Shown: in pieces, positions 18,930 to 29,263 of the stretch
Layout of the letters: every line of letters starts with the position of its first letter
How positions within the stretch are numbered: position 1 is the first letter of the stretch
Assembly (NCBI GenBank): GCA_021822495.1
Contig: JAKAQO010000003.1
Location: 83,227-147,226, forward strand
Direction: 5' to 3'
Source of the DNA: a bacterium
Lineage (GTDB): Bacteria; Elusimicrobiota; Elusimicrobia; UBA1565; UBA9628
DNA length: 64,000 nt
The notes under the pieces: model-generated
What the model saw: the letters and a program-made list of their open reading frames with translations, nothing else
Databases searched by the model: none
What the model was told of the DNA's origin: nothing
Translations under genes and position numbers: made by a program

Positions 18930-20498
18930 ATGAGAACCTTAAACGAGCTCTTGGATCATTCCGCCCAAAATAGCCGCCCTGGTATAGGACTTTTGACTGA
19001 AACGGAAAATCTCCCTTATGCCGAGCTTAAAAACCGCGTTTTAACCATCGCTTCAAACTTTAAGAGAAACGGAATTAAAAAAGGAGACCGAGTCGCCATT
19101 ATCCACCGCAACAGCCCGGTTTTTATCGAGACCTACTTCGCGCTTTCCCGCTTGGGCGCAATCGCGGTCCCCATCAATTATATGATCCATCATCCCGAGG
19201 AGTTGGCTTATATGCTCAACGACTGCGGAGCGGTTGGAATCGTGACTCAGAAAGAATTTATTAAAGGCCTGCGCGAAGCCGCAAAACTCACTGGTCAAAT
19301 CAAATTTATTTGGATGAGCGACGAAGATAAATCCGCCGGTCTTGAAAAGGAATATCCCTTTTCCGATCTGCTTAAAGACAGCGCTTTAGAAACCTTCGAT
19401 CCGGTCTTAGAGGAAGACGTGGCCGTTATTCTTTACACCTCGGGAACCACCGGAAAACCCAAAGGGGTCATGCTGACCCACAGAAATTTAATCACTAATA
19501 CGGAAGGCGGCATCGCCCGGCTGAATCTTTTTTCTCATGACTCAAGCCTGGCCATTTTGCCGATGTTTCACACCTTGGCTTGGACCGCCAATGTTTTAGT
19601 CTCCCTGCGCCTCTGCGCCCGTTTGGCCATCGCCCCGTCTATTACTCCCCCCAAGCCCTGGCTCAATCTCATGGCCAAAAGCAAAACTACTTTATTTTTA
19701 GCGGTGCCTCAAATTTATTCCTTGTTGGCTAAGTCCTCCAAAGGGCTTAAAGGATTTATTTTGCGCCATTGGTATTTTCGGAAGGTTCGCATGGCTGTTT
19801 CAGGCGCGGCTCCTTTAAACTCGGCGACTTGCCAGGAGTTCGAACGAGCGTTTAAAGTGAAGATTCTTGAGGGTTATGGGCTCACCGAAACCTCTCCAGT
19901 CATCACGATTAATTCGCCCGAGCGGCCCAAGCCCGACAGCGTGGGAAAGCCCATTGAGGGCGTCGAGGTTAAAATCGTCGATGATGAGGAGCGCGTTCTT
20001 AAAGCCGGAGAGGAAGGAGAAATTTGCGCCAGAGGACATTGCGTGATGAAAGGCTATTATAACCTTCCCGAAGAGACGAAAAAAACCTTCACTAAAGACG
20101 GTTGGCTTAAAACCGGAGACATCGGAATCTTAGACGAGGAAGGATACCTTTTCATCCGCGACCGCAAGAAAGACATGATCATCATCAAGGGTCTCAAGGT
20201 TTTTTCGGCCCAAGTCGAAGCAACACTGGCGGAAAACCCCGAAATTCTTGAATCGGCCGTCATCGGGGTTCCCGATGAGCACGGGGATGAAATCATTAAA
20301 GCCTTTATCGTCCTTAAGCCGGGCTCCAAGGAAGACAAATCCTCCTTGATGAAATACTGCCGGGAAAAATTTGATTCCTACAAGCGTCCCCGCGATATCG
20401 AGATCGTGGAATCCTTGCCGAAAAATTCCCTTCAAAAAATACTCAAACGGACGTTGCGCGAGATGGAAACAAAAAAACGCGCGGCCTCCGTCGGTTAA
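18930..20498 (+). CDS. Long-chain fatty acid--CoA ligase (AMP-dependent synthetase).
   Basis: AMP-binding motif LYTSGTTGKPKGVMLTHRNL. YGLTE and GWLKTGDIG motifs. Confidence 0.85.
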   Translation: MRTLNELLDHSAQNSRPGIGLLTETENLPYAELKNRVLTIASNFKRNGIKKGDRVAIIHRNSPVFIETYFALSRLGAIAVPINYMIHHPEELAYMLNDCGAVGIVTQKEFIKGLREAAKLTGQIKFIWMSDEDKSAGLEKEYPFSDLLKDSALETFDPVLEEDVAVILYTSGTTGKPKGVMLTHRNLITNTEGGIARLNLFSHDSSLAILPMFHTLAWTANVLVSLRLCARLAIAPSITPPKPWLNLMAKSKTTLFLAVPQIYSLLAKSSKGLKGFILRHWYFRKVRMAVSGAAPLNSATCQEFERAFKVKILEGYGLTETSPVITINSPERPKPDSVGKPIEGVEVKIVDDEERVLKAGEEGEICARGHCVMKGYYNLPEETKKTFTKDGWLKTGDIGILDEEGYLFIRDRKKDMIIIKGLKVFSAQVEATLAENPEILESAVIGVPDEHGDEIIKAFIVLKPGSKEDKSSLMKYCREKFDSYKRPRDIEIVESLPKNSLQKILKRTLREMETKKRAASVG

Positions 20499-20502
20499 AA
20501 AA

Positions 20503-22023
20503 GTGCCTGTCTCGCCTCCCCCATGGCCCCAAGAGGCTAAGCGCCTTTTATCCATCGCGTCTTCAATCGACCCGAATTTCTTTGCCGTTGGGGGATCAGT
20601 TCGAGACCTCTTTCTGAAGCGACCCATTCATGATTTAGATCTCGCGTCTTTTGCGGCATCAACTCTCGCAAAAAAACTCTCAGCTGTTTTCCGCGTCAAA
20701 CAAATTGTTTTGGATGAAGAAAATGCGGTTTACCGCCTTATCCTTCCCCCTCAATACAAGACGACCCAACAAATCGATATCGCGCAAATACAAGGCAAAA
20801 CCATTGAAGATGATCTCCACCGGCGAGACTTCACGGTTAACGCGATGGCCTTATCCGCCTCAACAAAAACCCTGCTTGACCCCAGAAATGGGATGAAAGA
20901 TATAGGCAAAAAAATTCTGCGCTGTGAATCGGAAGACATTCTGAAATCCGATCCTTTAAGAATTTTGCGCGCTTTTCGCCTCTCGGCGCAACTGGGTTTT
21001 AAGATTGAAAAAAACACGCTCAAACTCATCAAGAATGTCAAGGATTTAACTCTGAATCCGGCCGGAGAAAGAATCCATAGCGAAATACTCTCTCTCTTGG
21101 AAGTTCCAAATTCTTCTCGCCAGCTTGTCATGATGGACCGGTGTGGAGTCCTCACTTCTTTATTTCCCGCTCTTGAAGCCCAAAGAGATACCGCCGTTGA
21201 ATATTATGGGAAAGGCGGAGTCTTAACCCATTCCTTAACCGCCGCAGAGAGGGCTGATTTTTTGATGAGCCATCTAAAACTCGTGTTTCCCAAACACTAC
21301 AAGGCCATCAGCCAGTCTCGAAGAAATATCGTCATTCTTTCCGCGCTTCTCCATGATATCGCCAAACCCGCCACCGCCCGAATGGTCAAAGGCCGCCTCC
21401 ATTTTTTCGGACATGATCAATTGGGAGCGGAAAAAGTCTCAGAACTCCTTGAACTCCTTCGTTTTTCAAGGGAAGAAATATCTCTGATTCAATCCGCCAC
21501 GCGCCACCATTTAAGGCCTGGATATTTGGCTGAGGCGCCTCAAATCACGGAGAGAAGCCTCTACCGCTTCTTTCGAGATACGGGAAAAGACGTCCTTTAC
21601 ACGCTCCTGACGGCTTGGGCCGACCACACAAGTTACGTCCCGGAAAAATCAATCCGGGGCTTTCTGCCTCTAACCCAAAAACCCGTGGGCAAAGGCTTGG
21701 AAAAAGTTCCGCAAGATTTGAGAAAAACCCTAAAACATCTTCAAACCGTCAATCTCTTGGTCTCCCGACTTTTAAACCCTAGGAAAGAAGTCATCCCGTC
21801 TCCAGTTGTGAACGGCAACGACATCATGAAGGCGCTTAAAATCCCACAGGGTCCTGAAATCGGGAAAATCCTGGAAAGAATCCGGGAAGAACAGTCTGCG
21901 GGGAAAATTAAAAATCGGGAAGAAGCCTTCGCGTTTCTACTCAAAAAAAATTTCAACGCCAAGAACTCGAAAGGCGCAAAGGCATCTGGCAGCGATCCGA
22001 AAAATAAGGGATCAAAGCCTTGA
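20503..22023 (+). CDS. cca: CCA-adding tRNA nucleotidyltransferase with an HD domain.
   Basis: Pol-beta NTase head GGSVRDLFLKRPIHDLDLA. HD motif LLHDIAKP. The ORF is open from 20371. A GTG at 20503, right after the fadD stop, is my preferred start. Confidence 0.75.
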   Translation: MPVSPPPWPQEAKRLLSIASSIDPNFFAVGGSVRDLFLKRPIHDLDLASFAASTLAKKLSAVFRVKQIVLDEENAVYRLILPPQYKTTQQIDIAQIQGKTIEDDLHRRDFTVNAMALSASTKTLLDPRNGMKDIGKKILRCESEDILKSDPLRILRAFRLSAQLGFKIEKNTLKLIKNVKDLTLNPAGERIHSEILSLLEVPNSSRQLVMMDRCGVLTSLFPALEAQRDTAVEYYGKGGVLTHSLTAAERADFLMSHLKLVFPKHYKAISQSRRNIVILSALLHDIAKPATARMVKGRLHFFGHDQLGAEKVSELLELLRFSREEISLIQSATRHHLRPGYLAEAPQITERSLYRFFRDTGKDVLYTLLTAWADHTSYVPEKSIRGFLPLTQKPVGKGLEKVPQDLRKTLKHLQTVNLLVSRLLNPRKEVIPSPVVNGNDIMKALKIPQGPEIGKILERIREEQSAGKIKNREEAFAFLLKKNFNAKNSKGAKASGSDPKNKGSKP

Positions 22024-23980
22024 TGGATGAGACGTGTTTTTCAGCCGCCTCTTCTCCCGCGCGAATAATTTCCCGCGCGCGATGCAAATCGCTCCAAGAA
22101 AACCCCTGAATGTCCGGCTGGATGACGATTTGAGAAAGCCCGGAACGGGATTTGGCTATTTCATATTCCGCCGTATAGATCATGTGAAAGAAAACGCGCG
22201 AGAGACTGGGGGCCTTGAATATCGCGGGCAAACCCGGCAAGATTGGCTCTTCCGCTTTGGGCTTCTGTCTTCCGGTATAATGGGCCGCCGGCAAAGTCAG
22301 GTTAATCGAAATCAAGATATCCGCCCCTTTGTCGGCCACCACTCGAACGGGAACGGGATTAATCAACCCTCCATCAATGAGGTAACGGCCATTCAAAAAG
22401 TAAGGCTCAAAAATCACCGGCAAGCTTGAGCTCGCCCGCACCGCTTCCGCCAAATTTCCTTCGTCAATCACGACCTCTTCTCCGGTTTCGATATCGGTCG
22501 CAACGCAAGCAAAGGGAATCTCGCAATCGGAAAAATTTTTTTGACCAAATAAAGACCGGTAGAGATTCAACAAGGAATCTCCGGAAAAAAGACCCGAACG
22601 GGGCACGCTCAAATCAAGGAACAGTCGGCTATACATCCAGAATTTATCGATACGCAAAGCGACCCTTTCCATTTCCTCCGGCTCCATCCCCATCGCGGCC
22701 AAACCGCCAATCAAAGCGCCCATCGAGGTCCCGGAAATAATATCGATGGGAATCCCTTCTCTCTTAAAAACTTTAAGGACGCCGATGATGGAATACCCTA
22801 GAGCCGCGCCGGAACCGCAAGCGAGCCCAATCCGAACGCCGCCCAAACGCCGCGCCAAACGCTCGATAGTCGACCTTGTTTTAGGAGAAGTTTCAAGCGC
22901 TTCGTAAATACCGACTCCGGAATTCAGCTTATCTTTAATGGCGGAAGTCCAAGGAATCACCAAATCCCGGCCAAGACCTTCGCGCAAAACATCCTCTGGT
23001 GGATTATCTCCGCACCAAGCCTTGAGAAGCCTTGTCTCCGGAACCAGGGAAGCGAACTCTTCCTGTAATTTTCGATAGGGAGACAAACACGAAGTGGAAC
23101 CAAGCAAAATGACTTTGTCGGCTTCCAGTAAAACTTTTTCCTCAACCGCTCCCACGGGTCCGCTGAGCGCCACCAAAACCATGTCATGAGATTCCCGTAA
23201 AAAATTAACAAATAAATAAATTCCCGCCAGAAGGCTCCCCGACAAATTTTCGGCGGGAATGCTTAAGACCTCAAGCCCCGAGGCGTGCTGCTGCGACAGG
23301 GTTCGGATGCGTCCGGGATCGCGCAGATTCATATTGAGCAAGAGTTGCCGGGTCACTGGAGAGGACTTTAAGCCCAAGGAGCGGGCGACAGCCCCGGCGT
23401 CAGGATTCATGTCGATGAGCAAAACCCTTCTTCTGGTTTGTTCCAACAATTGAAGCCCCAGGTGCGCGCTCAATAAATGCCGTTCACCCTCCTCGCAGGC
23501 GCAATAAAAGGCAAAAAACTGAGTTGACTCTGTCGTCTTTTTAGGCGTTCCCCGAGTCGTCTGAATCAGGCGTTTGGTTAGGACATGGGTCAGGTGAAGC
23601 GAAATGGAGGGATTTTCTCTCAGTATCTCATGAAAATCCGCCCGCGGAAGCTTGAGAAACTCGCAAGTGCTAACTAATTGAACGGTGGCTGTCCGCCTTT
23701 CTCCGGTCAAAACGCCGCCTTCTCCCAAGGTTTCGCCTCTTCCCAAGAAAGCGTCCACGATCTCCTCGCTTCCTCTTAGATGGACGACGCGCACAAGCCC
23801 TGAAGCGATGATAAACAAACTATCCGGCTCATCTCCCTGCCGAAAAAGGGTCGCGCCTTTGGGCAAGGACAACAACTGCATTTTTTGGGCGATTTTATTT
23901 AATTCAGATTTAGGTAAGCCGGAAAAAATAGGGATACCCGCCAAAAACAGCTCCCACGCGCCAATCTCTTCAGGAGTCAT
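21953..23980 (-). CDS. NTE-like phospholipase with three parts: an N-terminal cyclic-nucleotide-binding (CAP_ED) domain, a middle domain, and a patatin-like phospholipase domain.
   Basis: cNMP-binding beta-roll (FRQGDEPDSLFIIASGLVRV...GEGGVL). Patatin GxSxG (GTSMGALIG) and catalytic DGG (IDGGLINPV). Variant oxyanion motif GSGAALG. Confidence 0.85.
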   Translation of the reverse strand: MTPEEIGAWELFLAGIPIFSGLPKSELNKIAQKMQLLSLPKGATLFRQGDEPDSLFIIASGLVRVVHLRGSEEIVDAFLGRGETLGEGGVLTGERRTATVQLVSTCEFLKLPRADFHEILRENPSISLHLTHVLTKRLIQTTRGTPKKTTESTQFFAFYCACEEGERHLLSAHLGLQLLEQTRRRVLLIDMNPDAGAVARSLGLKSSPVTRQLLLNMNLRDPGRIRTLSQQHASGLEVLSIPAENLSGSLLAGIYLFVNFLRESHDMVLVALSGPVGAVEEKVLLEADKVILLGSTSCLSPYRKLQEEFASLVPETRLLKAWCGDNPPEDVLREGLGRDLVIPWTSAIKDKLNSGVGIYEALETSPKTRSTIERLARRLGGVRIGLACGSGAALGYSIIGVLKVFKREGIPIDIISGTSMGALIGGLAAMGMEPEEMERVALRIDKFWMYSRLFLDLSVPRSGLFSGDSLLNLYRSLFGQKNFSDCEIPFACVATDIETGEEVVIDEGNLAEAVRASSSLPVIFEPYFLNGRYLIDGGLINPVPVRVVADKGADILISINLTLPAAHYTGRQKPKAEEPILPGLPAIFKAPSLSRVFFHMIYTAEYEIAKSRSGLSQIVIQPDIQGFSWSDLHRAREIIRAGEEAAEKHVSSIKALIPYFSDRCQMPLRLSSSWR

Positions 23981-24546
23981 AAGCGCCTAGCAGCTTTAGT
24001 ATAATGCGAAAGTCCCATTGATTGGCAAGCCAAGAGGGCGATCACGGTTTTAGAGTCCTTGATTTTGCCGCGATAGAGAAGTTTAAGAGCGTCGCGAAGG
24101 GAAATCACGGTTTTATCGATAAATTCGTCATCGTCGGGAGAAGAAGTTCCAGGTTTTATATTTCGAGCGATAAACAAATGCAAAATTTCATTCGCGAAAG
24201 CCGGCGTGGGCCAATAACTCAACAAAGGTTCCATCTTGCCGCCGGAGTATCCAGTTTCTTCCCTCAGTTCGCGCCGGGCGCAGAGAACAGGGTTTTCCCC
24301 TTTAGCCAATTTGCCCGCTGGAATTTCCAAAGTGACCTCGCGCACGGGGTGGCGGTATTGCCGAACCATCACGATTGTTTCCCGATCAATAAACGGAACG
24401 ATGCCCACCGCCCCGGGATGGTCGATATACTCCCGGGTCGCGGTTTTCCCATTGGGAAGCCTCACCTGATCCACGCAAAAATCAACCGCGTTTCCACGGT
24501 AGACTCTTTGGGTTTTCAGATGTCTCTCAGAAAGATGCTTCACCAC
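23977..24546 (-). CDS. NUDIX hydrolase, ADP-ribose pyrophosphatase-like.
   Basis: Nudix box GKLAKGENPVLCARRELREETG. 4-nt overlap with the downstream phospholipase gene. Confidence 0.85.
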   Translation of the reverse strand: MVKHLSERHLKTQRVYRGNAVDFCVDQVRLPNGKTATREYIDHPGAVGIVPFIDRETIVMVRQYRHPVREVTLEIPAGKLAKGENPVLCARRELREETGYSGGKMEPLLSYWPTPAFANEILHLFIARNIKPGTSSPDDDEFIDKTVISLRDALKLLYRGKIKDSKTVIALLACQSMGLSHYTKAARRL

Positions 24547-24572
24547 TCAAGTATAGCGGGATAAAGCGCGAT

Positions 24573-27500
24573 ATGCAACCGGAATTTGTCCACCTTCATA
24601 ATCACTCCGAATACTCTTTAATGGATGGGCTCATTCGTTTAAGCGATCCTTCAGGGAAACCATCAGCCGCCCTGGAATCGCTTGCCAAGCAAAAGGCCCG
24701 CGCCTTTGCCCTCACCGATCACGGCAATATGTACGGGGCTATAGAATTTTACCGCAACTGCTCCCAGGTCGGAGTCGTTCCCATCATCGGATGCGAAATG
24801 TATTTCGCGAAGGGCTCTCGCTTTGACCGCGGTCATTCTCAAAAAGAGAATTGCCACTTGACGGTCCTGGCGCGAAATTTCGAGGGCTATCAAAACCTCA
24901 TGGCCTTAGTCAGCAAGGGCTATTCCGAGGGCTATTATTACGACCCAAGAATCGACAAGGAGCTTTTGTCCAAGCACTCCAAGGGCCTTATCGTTTTATC
25001 CGGATGCCTTAAATCCGAAATCAGCCAACTGATTGTCTCCGGAAATTTAGTCGAGGCGGAAAAACTCTGCGCCTGGTTTAGAGACGCCCTTGAACCCGAC
25101 TGCTTTTATCTTGAGATTATGGATCATGGAATAGAAAAACAGCAGCAGGTGCTCAAAGCCCTTTTGGAGGTTCACGCCAAAACCAATATTCCGCTTATTG
25201 CCACAAACGACTGCCACTACTCCCACGCTTCCGATCATGACGCACACGACGCAAGGGTCTGCATCGCCACCGGGCGGAAAATAGAGGACACCGAACGCCT
25301 GAAATTTGAAAGTCACCAGTTTTATCTCAAGACCGCCGAAGAGATGCACAAATTATTTTCCTTCGCTCCCCAGGCCTTGACGAATACCCTGAAAGTCGCC
25401 GAAATGTGTCATCTTAAAATTCCGATGGATCAATTGATGCTTCCGCAATTTGACGTCCCGGAAGGGTTTACCCAGGATTCTTTTCTTGAAAAGCTGTGCG
25501 TGGACGGACTTAAAGCGCGGATGGGAGAAAGCATCCCCACCCCATATCAGGAACGCCTCAGCTATGAGTTATCGGTCATTAAGAGAATGGGGTTCTCGGG
25601 ATATTTTTTAATCGTCAGTGATTTCATCCACTACGCGCGAACTCAAAATATTCCGGTCGGCCCCGGAAGAGGCTCCGGCGCCGGGGCGCTAGTGGCCTAT
25701 TCTCTTAAAATCACCAACATCGATCCTATTAAAAACCGTCTCTTGTTTGAAAGATTTCTCAACCCCGATCGCAAATCCATGCCGGATCTGGATATTGATT
25801 TTGCCGATACCGGACGGGACCGCGTCATCGCCTACGTCCGCCAAAAATATGGAGAAGGAAACGTCGCCCAAATCATCACCTTCGGCTCCTTGGGCGCCAA
25901 ACTCGTCATCCGAGACGTCGCCCGCGTCATGGGCCTCCCTATTTCGGAAGCCGACCGCATCGCGAAAATGATTCCGGGCGGGCCCAACATTTCTCTCCAT
26001 GAAGAACTAAAGAACAACTCCGATCTAAAGGAAGCGATCAAAAATCCTTCCATAAAAAAACTCATTGACCTCGCTTTAAAACTGGAAGGACTCAAGCGAC
26101 ATACGGGAGTCCACGCGGCGGGGACCGTGATCACCAAAGAACCGGTGGTTCGTTACGCGCCCTTGGCCAAAAGCGCCCATTCCGAGGTGACCACCACCCA
26201 ATACGACGGAGACTCTCTCGCGAAGCTTGGACTCTTGAAAATAGACTTTTTAGGCCTAAGGACCCTCTCCATTATCGACGGCGCCGTGCGCCTGATTCGG
26301 GAAAGAAAAGAGCCCTCATTTGACATCGAGAATATTCCAATGGAGGATGCAAAAACTTTCGAGCTTTTGCGCTCCGCCCACGCTCTTGGGATTTTTCAGC
26401 TAGACTCCGAAGGCATCCGCAATCTCTTGCGCAGTCTTAAACCCACCACTTTTGAAGACATCGTCAGCGTCATCGCTCTTTTTAGGCCCGGCCCCATGCA
26501 GTCCGGAATGTTGGACATGTTCGTGGAGCGCAAACATGGGCGAAAAAAAATTACCTACGCTCATCCCCTTCTTGAACCTATCCTAAAAGAAACCTACGGG
26601 TGCGTGGTCTTTCAGGAACAAGTCATGGAAATCGCGAAGAAACTCGCGAATTTCACTCCCGGTCAAGCCGACAGCTTGAGAAAAGCCATGGGAAAAAAGA
26701 TTCCCGAGGAAATTGAGAAGCTGAGAAACGATTTCGTTCAGGGAGCGGCCACCCATTCCATCAACAAAACTCTCGCCGACAAGATTTATGATCAGCTCGT
26801 CGAGTTTGGCGGATACGGGTTCAATAAATCCCACTCCGCGGCCTATGGTCTTGTCGCTTATCAAACCGCCTATCTCAAAGCCAATTTTCCGCTGGAATTT
26901 ATGACCGCTCTGCTCACTTCCGAAATCGGACATTCCTCGGTACAAGCCGAAGGAAAAGAAAATAAGCTCGTGGTCTACATCAATGAAGCGGAAAGAATGG
27001 GCCTCAATGTTTTGCCGCCGGATGTTCAATCATCCGGCATCTTCTTTTCGCCCGAGGGCGAGCGCTCCATTCGATTTGGGCTTGTCGCCATAAAAAATGT
27101 CGGGCACGGCGCGGCGGAAGAAATCGTCCAAGCCCGAAAAGAAAAAAATTTTTCGTCCTGGGGGGATTTTATCGGACGCATAGGAGGGCAAGCCCTCAAC
27201 AAGAGAACGCTTGAATCCCTGATCAAAGCGGGAGCCGCCGACAATCTGGATCCGGAAAAAGAGATTCCACTCAAGCGATCCAGGCTTTTGGCCGAGATAG
27301 AAAATTCAAGCCGCGCCCAATCGGCCCGCCAAAAAGACATTGAAAGCGGTCAAGGACTTCTCTTTTCATCGGAGGAAATCGCGCCCGCTTTAATTCAGGA
27401 AGCCAAGGATTTTCCCATTTTCGACCAATCCGACATACTTAAATTTGAAAAAGAAATACTGGGGTTTTATCTTTCCGGGCATCCCCTCACCGCTATCAAA

Positions 27501-28064
27501 GAGCGTTTGTTGAAAGTGTCGAGTTCGCCAATCTCGGAATTGAGCGCGGCCAACGCGGAGAATGTCCGCGTCGCGGGGATTATTACTCAAGTCAAAAAAA
27601 TGACCTCCAAACGCAGCGGAGAACCCTGGGTGAAGGCCGCGCTTGAAGATCTCAGCGGAGAAGTTTCCCTTTTGGCTTTCCCGAGGGTTTACGCGAGCTT
27701 GGGACCTGAGAAAATCAAGACTGGGCTTGTCGTCGTCGTTTCTGGAAGACTTAATTCCAAGGAAGAGGACGCCGCGGCTGAAAAAGAGATCATCGTTGAA
27801 TCTGTGGAAGACTTTGAGGCCGTTTGGCAAAAAAAACAAATTCTTCAAGTCACTTTAAACGGCGCGAATGAAAATGAAGAAGCGCTCCTCACTCTCCGGG
27901 AAAATCTCGAGAAACACCCCGGGACGTCCAAGGTGTTTCTCGAAATCAAGGGCACGGGCGGAATTTTAGAGCTGGATTATCGCGTTCAGATCAACCAAAA
28001 TTTGTTAGAATCCATCGAGGCCCTTTTTGGCAAATCTTCATGGCAGATCAAAAGCGAATCTTAA
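24573..28064 (+). CDS. dnaE: DNA polymerase III alpha subunit.
   Basis: PHP domain HLHNHSEYSLMDG. Pol IIIalpha palm and fingers. OB fold. 1163 aa. Confidence 0.95.
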   Translation: MQPEFVHLHNHSEYSLMDGLIRLSDPSGKPSAALESLAKQKARAFALTDHGNMYGAIEFYRNCSQVGVVPIIGCEMYFAKGSRFDRGHSQKENCHLTVLARNFEGYQNLMALVSKGYSEGYYYDPRIDKELLSKHSKGLIVLSGCLKSEISQLIVSGNLVEAEKLCAWFRDALEPDCFYLEIMDHGIEKQQQVLKALLEVHAKTNIPLIATNDCHYSHASDHDAHDARVCIATGRKIEDTERLKFESHQFYLKTAEEMHKLFSFAPQALTNTLKVAEMCHLKIPMDQLMLPQFDVPEGFTQDSFLEKLCVDGLKARMGESIPTPYQERLSYELSVIKRMGFSGYFLIVSDFIHYARTQNIPVGPGRGSGAGALVAYSLKITNIDPIKNRLLFERFLNPDRKSMPDLDIDFADTGRDRVIAYVRQKYGEGNVAQIITFGSLGAKLVIRDVARVMGLPISEADRIAKMIPGGPNISLHEELKNNSDLKEAIKNPSIKKLIDLALKLEGLKRHTGVHAAGTVITKEPVVRYAPLAKSAHSEVTTTQYDGDSLAKLGLLKIDFLGLRTLSIIDGAVRLIRERKEPSFDIENIPMEDAKTFELLRSAHALGIFQLDSEGIRNLLRSLKPTTFEDIVSVIALFRPGPMQSGMLDMFVERKHGRKKITYAHPLLEPILKETYGCVVFQEQVMEIAKKLANFTPGQADSLRKAMGKKIPEEIEKLRNDFVQGAATHSINKTLADKIYDQLVEFGGYGFNKSHSAAYGLVAYQTAYLKANFPLEFMTALLTSEIGHSSVQAEGKENKLVVYINEAERMGLNVLPPDVQSSGIFFSPEGERSIRFGLVAIKNVGHGAAEEIVQARKEKNFSSWGDFIGRIGGQALNKRTLESLIKAGAADNLDPEKEIPLKRSRLLAEIENSSRAQSARQKDIESGQGLLFSSEEIAPALIQEAKDFPIFDQSDILKFEKEILGFYLSGHPLTAIKERLLKVSSSPISELSAANAENVRVAGIITQVKKMTSKRSGEPWVKAALEDLSGEVSLLAFPRVYASLGPEKIKTGLVVVVSGRLNSKEEDAAAEKEIIVESVEDFEAVWQKKQILQVTLNGANENEEALLTLRENLEKHPGTSKVFLEIKGTGGILELDYRVQINQNLLESIEALFGKSSWQIKSES

Positions 28065-28426
28065 TTGCCGATGATGACCCGGAACTTTTAGAATTATTAA
28101 AGACCGCCCTGGGTTATCAGAACTACGCGATTTCCGAGGCCAATGACGGGCGGCAAGCTCTTCAGACGGCTCTTTCAGAGACGTTTGACCTTGTCATTTT
28201 AGACGTGATGATGCCCTACATCGACGGCTATCATGTCGCCCATCAAATTTCCGATAAATTGGGCGAAAGATGTCCCCCGATTATCATCATGAGCAGCCGC
28301 GACGTCCAGAAGGAAAAAGGCATCGCTTTGATGAGCGGCGCTGAAGCCATCTTGCAAAAACCTTTTGAAATCGCGGCTTTTCAAGCCAAGGTCGCTGAAA
28401 TATTAAAACGGCCTCAAGCGCAATGA
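28040..28426 (+). CDS. Stand-alone response-regulator receiver domain (CheY-like).
   Basis: ILIADDDPELL...DLVILDVMMP...IIIMSS receiver motifs. No output domain. Confidence 0.8.
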   Translation: MADQKRILIADDDPELLELLKTALGYQNYAISEANDGRQALQTALSETFDLVILDVMMPYIDGYHVAHQISDKLGERCPPIIIMSSRDVQKEKGIALMSGAEAILQKPFEIAAFQAKVAEILKRPQAQ

Positions 28427-29256
28427 GAGCAGGGGTTTTTTCAGCTCTGATTTTGCTTTTCCCCCTCGTTCAAGCCCAAGCCTCTTCAAACCCGTCTTCC
28501 GCCCCCTCCGCTCAAGTTTCCCCGCAAATGATTCCCATTAAACCGAAATCTCAACCCGAACAAGACGCGCTCGGGCTCATTCCCACGCCCACGGGGCTTA
28601 TCGAACCGGACACCATGATCATCGACGCCAATACTGCGGCCACCTTGGATCCCGGTACTTTCGCAACCCAAACGCGGTTTTATTCCGGCGGCGGAATTCT
28701 GCAATACGTTTCTCTCGGAGTTTTTAACGGCCTTAATATCGGGGCCTCGATCTCGGGCAATGGACTCGTTGGGAATGCTCCCTCGATTGCGGTTCCAACG
28801 CCTCAAGCCCAGGTTAAATATCGGTTTTTTGACGGCAATCGTTATGTGCCGGCTTTGGCCGTCGGTTATGACGGTCAAGGTTACGACTACAACCGCATCA
28901 CTCACAAATACAATGACCCCGCCCGAGGATTTTATCTGGTGGGAACCCAAGAACTTTTTATTCCGGGTCTTGTCTTTTCTCCTTCCGTCAACGCCTCGGG
29001 AACCAATTCCGGCGCTGTTTATGGGGCGTTGCCCGTCACCTACACTATCGCCAACAAAGTTGAGCTGATGGCTGAATGGGACAATATCCATAACATCTCC
29101 AACAGCCGGGTCAACGCTGGCATCCGCTTTTATATCACGAATCATTTTGACCTCGATCTGGCGGTACGGCGAGCCAATCAAAGCGGATATTATTCAGATG
29201 GAACTTCCAGAGGCCCGGAAAGAATCATCCAACTGCGCTATGTTGGAAATTTCTAA
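28423..29256 (+). CDS. Probable outer-membrane beta-barrel protein.
   Basis: Signal peptide (VQAQA). Alternating amphipathic strands. C-terminal ...YVGNF beta-signal. ATGA overlap with the REC gene. Confidence 0.55.
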   Translation: MRAGVFSALILLFPLVQAQASSNPSSAPSAQVSPQMIPIKPKSQPEQDALGLIPTPTGLIEPDTMIIDANTAATLDPGTFATQTRFYSGGGILQYVSLGVFNGLNIGASISGNGLVGNAPSIAVPTPQAQVKYRFFDGNRYVPALAVGYDGQGYDYNRITHKYNDPARGFYLVGTQELFIPGLVFSPSVNASGTNSGAVYGALPVTYTIANKVELMAEWDNIHNISNSRVNAGIRFYITNHFDLDLAVRRANQSGYYSDGTSRGPERIIQLRYVGNF

Positions 29257-29263
29257 AACAGCC

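Noticed and set aside
20371-20502. An upstream extension of the cca ORF that overlaps fadD by 128 nt.
   Set aside because: The CCA-enzyme homology begins downstream. A GTG at 20503 immediately follows the fadD stop and gives a conventional gene junction.
28486-29181. A 231-aa minus-strand ORF.
   Set aside because: It is antisense to the OMP gene and is rich in Gly and Arg. It is a shadow ORF.
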